Positions 48,731 to 55,186 of a stretch of 55,186 nt of DNA are shown in pieces. The notes beneath the pieces are model-generated. The model ran no database searches and had not been told where the DNA came from. It saw only the letters and a list, made by a program, of their open reading frames with translations. The position numbers and the translations under genes are program-made. The stretch comes from a virus (taxonomy: Duplodnaviria; Caudoviricetes), in the IMG/VR virus record IMGVR_UViG_3300030098_001384, positions 1 through 55,186 of that record, one strand, 5' to 3'. The stretch's first letter is position 1, and each line of letters opens with the position of its first letter.

Positions 48731-49312
48731 CTATTGTCCTGCTAACGGGTTATTCAATGCTCTTTCTAGCATTGTTCTTAATCTATCCTCTAGCTCTTTT
48801 AATTTAATATCTATCGTTTCTATACGTCTTTGTGCATCAGACTCAATCGCTGTTCGTTTTCCGTCAAAACGATCCTCTGCATGTTGAATTAAACTGCGAA
48901 TATCATTTTCGCTTGTACGTATAGAAGTACGAATCTCTTGTTCCATTGTTCTAGACCGTCTGTCTACCGCAGCTATTTGATCATGTACATCATGTACATC
49001 ACTACGTAAATCAGTTCGTATGGTTCTTGCGTCATCTTGAGCTGCACCTACTAACTCTTTTACTGCAGACATTTCAGTACTTGTGTTTGTTTCTAAACTT
49101 GTTATTCTTTCTTCTAATACATCCAGTTTTAGATTAAAACCAGAAAGATCAGGAGCAACGTATTTATCAATTTTTTCCTCCATAGCTACCCACCGAGCAT
49201 ATCCTTCAAATCCAGCCCAGAGAGCACCACCTAAAGTTCCCAGTAACGGAAGGATTAATAAAAGTTTCCCTCCACGAATTTTTATACCTTTATATTCTAC
49301 CTCGTTAGTCAT
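48731..49312 (-). CDS. Membrane-anchored coiled-coil protein
   Basis: One TM then a long coiled coil ending ALNNPL. Confidence 0.7.
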   Translation of the reverse strand: MTNEVEYKGIKIRGGKLLLILPLLGTLGGALWAGFEGYARWVAMEEKIDKYVAPDLSGFNLKLDVLEERITSLETNTSTEMSAVKELVGAAQDDARTIRTDLRSDVHDVHDQIAAVDRRSRTMEQEIRTSIRTSENDIRSLIQHAEDRFDGKRTAIESDAQRRIETIDIKLKELEDRLRTMLERALNNPLAGQ

Positions 49313-50957
49313 ATTGGTCTTGAATCATCCTTTCCATCTGTAAGCTTGATCTAACACTTATATAATTACCTAACGGATCAGGTAAAATTTCATCGGTATA
49401 AATATCTTCTGGAACATACCATGTAGGTTGTATTTGTATAACCTGTGCTTGGTACGTAGATATGTTTGGTCCTAATGCATTTACAAGAGCTAAAGTTGTT
49501 ACTTGTGTTACAGGGTTATAACTATTTGGTAATCCTGCTATTATTTGTTTTGCCTTTTCTTGTTTTTGCTCTTGTTCCTTTGTTGGTTTGTTTTCCGCTA
49601 CTTCCTTTGATTCTTCTTTTGCTTCTTCCTCAACTACTTGCTTTTCTTCTTTTGGTTCTTCTTTTGCTTCTTCCTCAACTACTTGCTTTTCTTCTTTTGG
49701 TTCTTCTTTAGCAACAGGTTTTTCTTCTTGTGCTTCTTCCTGTACTACTTCTTTTTCCTGCGATTCTTCAGTAGCCTCTTCAGCTTCCACTGGACTGCTA
49801 GTAGTTGTTTCTTCTTGTGGTTCAACTTCATTTTTAACTTCGTTCTTAATTTCAGGAGTTGTTTCCATTTCTGTTTCAGCAACTTCTACTGGCTCCTCTA
49901 TATTTTCTTGCATGGATTCTTCTACTACTGGCTGAGATTCCACACTTGGTTGTTCCATTATAGGTTCGGCAATAGGTTCTACTTCCATACCTATTTCTTC
50001 TATCTCTGCCACCATTGTTTCTACTTCTACCATCACTTCATTCATGGACATCTCCCCCATATCCATATCCTGAAACATACCCTCAGAGACACCAATATTT
50101 ACTGTTTCAGGCATACCCTGTTCAAAATCATCTGGTGGCATGGACATATCTGGCATTTCTAAGTCAATTACTGCTATGTCCTCTATCTGTATTTCCTCAA
50201 AACTATCTTCGTTTGGTAGTGTTGTTACACTTGTATAGCTATCCATGATAGTTTGTGTTATTTGTTCTTGTGCCTGTATGGGTTGTAGTATTTCTACCCA
50301 TGTTTCTACAGTTGTAGTTATTACATTATAATTAATAGTGTAGGCCACATTATCAAAAAAGTAATTTTTAGCTCCACCTATTCTTATAAACACCCTATCA
50401 AGATCTCCTGCAAAATCATATGTTCCTGAATATGTTGTTGGAGTTTGATGGTTTTCTAAGGTTATCTGCCCAGTATCCCATTGTAATATGTTATCGTTAT
50501 AACCTTTTGTTTGAAAATACCCTGTTGTATTTGCTTGTGAATGGTGCATTTGTAGTTCCCATTCTAAAGCACCACCTTCAGATATGTGAAACTGAGATAT
50601 ATCCACATACTGATCAAACGTGGTTAAGCTGTTTGATGTTCCCTTACCACATCTTCCACTTCCGAAATAGGATTCACAATTTGGCATACTTGCCGGTCCA
50701 AGTCCTCCCCAATCATAATCCATGTCTCCGTGCTTGGTGTTCCCCACAATACCTGTATCTGCATGGAGGATGTCTTCTGTGGTTTTGTGTTCCACCGTTG
50801 TAGTTGTTTGCGTAACTTCTCTAACATTACCTTGTTCCTCTATTTCCTGTACAACTGTATCGCCTTCGTCTAATAACTGTGCCTTACTATATGAAAAATA
50901 AAATAAGAAGAATAGAGAAGATACCAAGAGCACCTTCATCAGTGATGATTTCTTCAT
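49305..50957 (-). CDS. Secreted protein with long Glu-rich low-complexity stalk
   Basis: Signal peptide, beta-rich N-terminal domain, E/P/K-rich repeats. Confidence 0.7.
   Translation of the reverse strand: MKKSSLMKVLLVSSLFFLFYFSYSKAQLLDEGDTVVQEIEEQGNVREVTQTTTTVEHKTTEDILHADTGIVGNTKHGDMDYDWGGLGPASMPNCESYFGSGRCGKGTSNSLTTFDQYVDISQFHISEGGALEWELQMHHSQANTTGYFQTKGYNDNILQWDTGQITLENHQTPTTYSGTYDFAGDLDRVFIRIGGAKNYFFDNVAYTINYNVITTTVETWVEILQPIQAQEQITQTIMDSYTSVTTLPNEDSFEEIQIEDIAVIDLEMPDMSMPPDDFEQGMPETVNIGVSEGMFQDMDMGEMSMNEVMVEVETMVAEIEEIGMEVEPIAEPIMEQPSVESQPVVEESMQENIEEPVEVAETEMETTPEIKNEVKNEVEPQEETTTSSPVEAEEATEESQEKEVVQEEAQEEKPVAKEEPKEEKQVVEEEAKEEPKEEKQVVEEEAKEESKEVAENKPTKEQEQKQEKAKQIIAGLPNSYNPVTQVTTLALVNALGPNISTYQAQVIQIQPTWYVPEDIYTDEILPDPLGNYISVRSSLQMERMIQDQYD
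49611..49709. repeat. 45-bp coding tandem repeat (about 2.2 copies)
   Basis: Encodes EPKEEKQVVEEEAKE repeats. Confidence 0.85.
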
Positions 50958-51435
50958 TTTTTACATTCTCCTTTACCCATTGATCATAGTCTGGTCTTTT
51001 CTTAGGATTATTCGCCCACTCTTCTGCAGCTTCTATTCCTATCTTACCCATGTATGGACAGGGAGTTCCGGCCATTTCCATCGCTTGAAATACACGGGAA
51101 TCTTGGCAGAGCATGGCTACAGCTCCTACTTTCATTCCCATACGGTACAAAGCACGAGATAACTTTAATCTTTCACAGTTTAAATCTCTTACTGCTGTAC
51201 CACCAGCCAATCCTAGTATTTGTGTTTGTACCGCTGCAGAAGCAGCAAAGCTACATACATCTTGATTGTTTACCACCACCGATGGAGCACTGGCTGTGCC
51301 AACCGTTCTATCTACCGTAGTTGTGCCGGATACTGTACTACTGGTACTTGTCACTGTGTTGGTCTGTGCCAAAGATTCTGTCTGCCAGAAACTTACACAA
51401 GCCAGCACTGTAATAACGAACAACCATTTGTACAT
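50887..51435 (-). CDS. Secreted/membrane Cys-containing protein
   Basis: Signal peptide; TASAPS...DVC...NCERLKLSR...GMKVGAVAMLCQDSRVFQAMEMAGTPCP; C-terminal TM. Confidence 0.75.
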   Translation of the reverse strand: MYKWLFVITVLACVSFWQTESLAQTNTVTSTSSTVSGTTTVDRTVGTASAPSVVVNNQDVCSFAASAAVQTQILGLAGGTAVRDLNCERLKLSRALYRMGMKVGAVAMLCQDSRVFQAMEMAGTPCPYMGKIGIEAAEEWANNPKKRPDYDQWVKENVKNEEIITDEGALGIFSILLILFFI

Positions 51436-51437
51436 TA

Positions 51438-51857
51438 CTAATCCTCATCATCAATATCAATTACGTTTGGCATGGGTGCCTTGCTGGGCATCATTACTAT
51501 GCCATGCAAAGCTTTTACATCATGTTCTTGTTTTTCTATTTTTCCTAGGCCAACTCTGTCTAACAACGTCTGAGCAGCCTTTAGTCGTAATTCCTGTCTG
51601 GGGTTTAACCCATCGTCATTCATAGATTCTACTACCCTAGATACAGCAGTAGCCGAATTAACGGCTAGTTCTCGTTTGGATATATCTATGATTTCATCTG
51701 CAAGGGCTTTTACAAGCCAAGTTCTAGAAGAAGGAGCATATCCTGCTGCCTCACAGGCTAAGGCTATATCTCCTCTGTTTACAAACAATGCATCAAGAAA
51801 CTTCTTTTGTTTTTCGGTAACTTCTTTTTTCTTTTCTGGTAGAAGTGCTGAGGTCAT
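51438..51857 (-). CDS. terS: Terminase small subunit
   Basis: TEKQKKFLDALF...AAGY HTH; RLKAAQTLLDRVG. Confidence 0.75.
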   Translation of the reverse strand: MTSALLPEKKKEVTEKQKKFLDALFVNRGDIALACEAAGYAPSSRTWLVKALADEIIDISKRELAVNSATAVSRVVESMNDDGLNPRQELRLKAAQTLLDRVGLGKIEKQEHDVKALHGIVMMPSKAPMPNVIDIDDED

Positions 51858-52222
51858 CCGTAGGTCTGTGCCTTTCTCACCCCGCCACCTTTGGCGTACT
51901 TTTTAACATATCCACCTTTGGCCTTCTTCTTCTTCTTTTTGTCAGCGTCAGCTTTTGATACTTTTTCAGCAGCACTAACCATAGAAGCTGCTTCTCCTGT
52001 TCCAACTGTACGACTTGTCAATTTAGTTATGGCATTTTCAAGTTTTCCTAAAGAAAATGCATTATTTTCTTGTGCTTGTTTAAAGAAAGCATTGTTAGCG
52101 TTTATTCTGTTAGTTTCTTTTTTATTAATATTGCCGTCTTTATCTTTAACTATTACAGGAAGAGCATCCCCTTCCCTTACTGTTGCTCCAAAAAATATAC
52201 CTCTTCTTACTGCTGTACTCAT
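51854..52222 (-). CDS. Small basic protein with KAKGG/YAKGGG tail
   Basis: ORF track. Confidence 0.7.
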   Translation of the reverse strand: MSTAVRRGIFFGATVREGDALPVIVKDKDGNINKKETNRINANNAFFKQAQENNAFSLGKLENAITKLTSRTVGTGEAASMVSAAEKVSKADADKKKKKKAKGGYVKKYAKGGGVRKAQTYG

Positions 52223-52488
52223 CCGTAACTCCTCGCCTTTCTCATTCCTCCACCTTTGGCATAGGTTTTCTTGTGGACTTTGCCACCATGGACCATTTTC
52301 TTTTTAATTTTGCCACCCATTGCTTTTTGTTTAATACCATAGGCTTTTATAAGTCTAGCTATATTTTTTTCTGTCATAGGAGTATCCGGTGCCACTTTTC
52401 TTAAAAAAGCAATAGTGGCTGCCATATCCAATGGTTCTACCGGAACAGCTACACTTTTTGGCTTACCTTTATCGTTATCACCTGCCAT
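52219..52488 (-). CDS. Small basic protein with three xxxGG motifs
   Basis: ORF track. Confidence 0.7.
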   Translation of the reverse strand: MAGDNDKGKPKSVAVPVEPLDMAATIAFLRKVAPDTPMTEKNIARLIKAYGIKQKAMGGKIKKKMVHGGKVHKKTYAKGGGMRKARSYG

Positions 52489-52491
52489 CCC

Positions 52492-52572
52492 CTACATCTC
52501 CGCACAAGCGTAGCAGTTTATTTCCAGCCCTACAGATATTTCATTCACTTGTGGTTTATTCCAGTTTCTCAT
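52492..52572 (-). CDS. pqqA: PQQ biosynthesis precursor peptide PqqA (26 aa, not in track)
   Basis: MRNWNKPQVNEISVGLEINCYACAEM: W-x-K-P leader and G-x-E-I-N-x-Y (E-x3-Y) core; SD AAAGGAAG. Confidence 0.85.
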   Translation of the reverse strand: MRNWNKPQVNEISVGLEINCYACAEM

Positions 52573-52781
52573 CGGATCACTTCCTTTCATGTGTGATAAA
52601 GTTACATAGGTATCAGAGAGGGATGGCACATTATGAAAGTTAGCACTTTCCTCCGGAGATAGAATATTTATTAGTATAACCTATCCCCCTCTTCGTGGGA
52701 GTGTAGCGTTTACTCCAAGTCCTCATGTACATACACTTGTTGCAAAACTTTGAGTAGTTTATGTGCTACACTTACCTTTAT

Positions 52782-52809
52782 ATTATAGCGTATATAACGA
52801 TGTTGTCAA
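52782..52809 (-). promoter_or_regulatory. Consensus sigma70 promoter for the late block
   Basis: TTGACA-16 nt-TATAAT. Confidence 0.8.
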
Positions 52810-52827
52810 GAAAAAAATAAAAAAAAC

Positions 52828-52855
52828 TTGACAGGTCTGAAATACGGTGTATAAT
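52828..52855 (+). promoter_or_regulatory. Consensus sigma70 promoter firing into non-coding region
   Basis: TTGACA-16 nt-TATAAT with upstream A-tract. Confidence 0.75.
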
Positions 52856-53298
52856 GAAGGTACCCCCGTTGGGTTAGATACATATACCTCCCCCTAGCCT
52901 CCCCTACAGGTAACTAATAGCATGGCACACTCTCCAACCAGTGGAAAATCCTCTAAGGTGGGCCTTCTGGTTGGTACCTTAAAGTATGCCCAAAAATTTC
53001 TGGTAGGGTGCCTAAAAAATACACAAAATTGTGCGTGATTGCATACAGTATACCGGGTACCCCCCACTGTCCCTTGCGTGCGGGTAACCCTTTGTTTTTA
53101 TTTACTTTTACTGTTACTTCCTCAATGATGGAATCACCCCCCAAGATATCCCACAAGATAATATTACAGTTGGATATGAGGTAAAACAAAAGTTCCGCAT
53201 CATGCACACGCAAAAGGTAGGGGCTGACAATTTTTCTAGTTGGCAAACTTTAAGGTTAACTGTAGGGAGTACAAAAGCGTATCTTCTATGGGCGGATA

Positions 53299-53328
53299 TA
53301 AAAAAACCCTAGCGGTTAAACTAGGGTT
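53299..53328 (-). terminator. Rho-independent terminator ending the early block
   Basis: AACCCTAG-TTTAACCG-CTAGGGTT followed by TTTTT. Confidence 0.75.
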
Positions 53329-53353
53329 CCTTTGGGGAAGTTGTGGCTAGTCT

Positions 53354-53695
53354 TTAGTTATACCATTTATCTTTTATTTCTATTTTCCTAATGGCATCTT
53401 TAATATTTACTAACTTGTATTCGTTAGCGTTTACCTTCTGGCGTATCTTGGAGCATGGCACACCCAAAAACTTAGCAAGGTATTTGGAAGTTGTTCTTGA
53501 ATAGTCCCAAGTGTGAGAATCTAACTCTACCAGATCAACTTCAGCTATCCAACGAGCAACCCAACTGTTGTATGACTTAAAATATCTGTCACCGTTGGGC
53601 ATTGTTACGAAAGTTTGATTGTTTGCTATGTTTTCTATTTCTAACATGGTCTTAATCCTTTCACAGTTATTGTAAATATAACCTAGTATAAACAT
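53354..53695 (-). CDS. Conserved small early phage protein (likely start 53647)
   Basis: FKSYNSWVA...WDYSRTTSKYLAKFLG motif. Confidence 0.7.
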   Translation of the reverse strand: MFILGYIYNNCERIKTMLEIENIANNQTFVTMPNGDRYFKSYNSWVARWIAEVDLVELDSHTWDYSRTTSKYLAKFLGVPCSKIRQKVNANEYKLVNIKDAIRKIEIKDKWYN

Positions 53696-53706
53696 AAAAG
53701 TTATAT

Positions 53707-53922
53707 TTAGTCAAATTTCTTTAAATCCTCACACTCTGCAAAAGCGTTTAATAATCCTTTGGTTTTTCCGAATGATTGCATAAAAAGATCATAGTTTTTA
53801 TTGTCTAACTTACTTATTGCAGTGTGTAATCTTCCCACCGCATCCGTAATACTATCAGTCCTTGTATCTTTCATTCCAATAGTAGAAAGATATTTTTTAA
53901 ATATTTCATAAGTCATTAACAT
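53707..53922 (-). CDS. Hypothetical early protein
   Basis: ORF track. Confidence 0.55.
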   Translation of the reverse strand: MLMTYEIFKKYLSTIGMKDTRTDSITDAVGRLHTAISKLDNKNYDLFMQSFGKTKGLLNAFAECEDLKKFD

Positions 53923-53923
53923 T

Positions 53924-54178
53924 CTATTTGTCCTTCCTCAATGCTTTTATTATATTTATAGCGTTATTTTCAACTGTGTAATTCTTATCTAAATTATGAT
54001 ATTTCCTATCATGCACCATTCCAGAATGAATCATTAACAAGGTGACACCTACGGCTAATTCAAAAGAAAATACAATAAAGGAAAATAGATCATATACTTC
54101 AGCGTAGACAAAGACACCAAATGCGGTTAAAGCATGTAGACAAGCAACCCACCCAACTATTTTAATAAATGTCATCAT
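53924..54178 (-). CDS. Two-TM membrane protein
   Basis: ORF track; hydrophobic helices. Confidence 0.6.
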   Translation of the reverse strand: MMTFIKIVGWVACLHALTAFGVFVYAEVYDLFSFIVFSFELAVGVTLLMIHSGMVHDRKYHNLDKNYTVENNAINIIKALRKDK

Positions 54179-54182
54179 GGTA

Positions 54183-54446
54183 TTAATCCCTTCCTTGTAA
54201 ATATAACTTAGTGTTTAAACCATAGCATACTTTAAATCTTTTATTGCTTAATTCCTCAGTAAAGTATCTTACAGGATTATCCTCACTGTCATGCGAGTGG
54301 TAAGAATTTAAAAACTTAGTCCAGAAGTTTGCACCTTCATAATTTTCCCACCGATTGTCTAATATTTTACTTGTGTTTTCTTTAGTGTTTCCCATTTTAA
54401 TAGTAAATGAGTTTTGTTTTAATTTTATAGTTTCATATACTAACAT
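54183..54446 (-). CDS. Hypothetical early protein
   Basis: ORF track; SD AGGAG. Confidence 0.6.
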   Translation of the reverse strand: MLVYETIKLKQNSFTIKMGNTKENTSKILDNRWENYEGANFWTKFLNSYHSHDSEDNPVRYFTEELSNKRFKVCYGLNTKLYLQGRD

Positions 54447-54470
54447 AATGTTCTCCTATATAAGTTAAAA

Positions 54471-54513
54471 AAAAGTTAAGTACATTATATACTTAACTTT
54501 TCTTTTTTGTCTA
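54471..54513 (-). promoter_or_regulatory. Promoter with a 12-bp inverted repeat flanking the -10 box
   Basis: TAGACA-18 nt-TATAAT; AAAAGTTAAGTA-cattata-TACTTAACTTTT. Confidence 0.5.
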
Positions 54514-54624
54514 TATTAAAGATAATATTATTATAATTAAAACAATTATCCATGCTATCTTAAATACTGCATTGATTATCTCCATAATGTTTGCCTTGAG
54601 TGTTATAAGTTAAAAACATAGCTA

Positions 54625-55186
54625 TTATGCCACCGCTAATTCTTCTAAGTTTTTCCAACTATCAGAATCCAACATGTTACGAACTGCAATCTCTCTTTCC
54701 TTTTGAACATTTGCCTTTTGGCTCCCTTTTCTGCCTGTAGACAATTCTACAACTTCACCTTTTTTGTTGACAGTTTCCCATGTCTCGTCAGTGTGAGTAG
54801 ACCAGTGTGTGACAGCATTGTATAAAGCCCAAAGTGTTTTGCCTAAACTGCCCTGTTCCTGTTCATATCTGTACAGCAAATAATCTGACAGTCTGGTATT
54901 GATATTGGCACTAGTTTTATCTAAGTCTTTTAATGTCTCAACTGTTCTAGATTTTTTATAAGCAACAGTGTCAGCTAATAACTTAGCAACTTGGTTATCA
55001 GTAACCTTAGCATTAGACCAAAGTTTAAACTTATCCCCTTGAGTTTGAAATACATCTAATGTGCCATTAATTTTTGACAAGGCACTTGCAATGGATAGAC
55101 CACCTGTATGTTTCCTTCTTTCATGGTAAAACTTTTGACCACCAAACACTAAGGTATTGAGACATAGACTACGATATGCACCTGTA
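54625..55186 (-). CDS. 3' part of DUF932-like protein wrapping the origin
   Basis: RRKHTG, TLWALYNAVTHWSTH motifs; continuous with 1..610. Confidence 0.8.
   Translation of the reverse strand, partial: TGAYRSLCLNTLVFGGQKFYHERRKHTGGLSIASALSKINGTLDVFQTQGDKFKLWSNAKVTDNQVAKLLADTVAYKKSRTVETLKDLDKTSANINTRLSDYLLYRYEQEQGSLGKTLWALYNAVTHWSTHTDETWETVNKKGEVVELSTGRKGSQKANVQKEREIAVRNMLDSDSWKNLEELAVA

Noticed and set aside
49611-49709. Possible CRISPR-like repeat
   Set aside because: Tandem 45-bp coding repeat without unique spacers
49466-50248. Long plus-strand ORFs (F/L/S-rich)
   Set aside because: Antisense shadows of the low-complexity Glu/Lys-rich gene; no SD, biased composition
52953-53246. 97-aa minus ORF in the intergenic region
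   Set aside because: Lies downstream of the early terminator, atypical composition, no clear SD; probably spurious
1-55186. tRNA genes, phage RNA polymerase, pqqB-E, diversity-generating retroelement or stop-codon recoding
   Set aside because: No cloverleaf, RNAP, PqqB-E or reverse transcriptase motifs seen; genes are intact under the standard code (by-eye check only)

Overview
The window is an apparently complete, circularly permuted, AT-rich podovirus genome of about 55.1 kb. It has a 101-bp terminal overlap, and one gene runs across the ends. It resembles the marine HMO-2011-type group: a family A DNA polymerase with a DnaJ-like CxxCxGxG zinc-finger insert, a class II RNR, and no phage RNA polymerase. 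There are three transcription blocks. (i) A minus-strand early/accessory block of small genes runs 6858->1 and 55186->53354. (ii) A plus-strand replication block (6966-16882) holds primase, helicase, Pol A, SSB-like protein, exonuclease, endonuclease I and NrdJ. (iii) A minus-strand late block (52572->16879) holds TerS, TerL, a tyrosine-recombinase-like protein, portal, lysis genes, scaffold, capsid, tail and internal virion proteins. The most striking items are missing from the ORF track. A 26-aa PqqA-like peptide gene (PQQ cofactor precursor) is the first gene behind a consensus late promoter, and there is a 55-aa Cys-rich metallothionein-like gene. Other signals are a shared x-x-x-G-G motif in many late proteins, a (C)TGTACA(G) palindrome strongly enriched in the early arm, and tandem RNA hairpins with matching internal loops before the scaffold gene. 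All calls come from reading motifs by eye; no searches were run.
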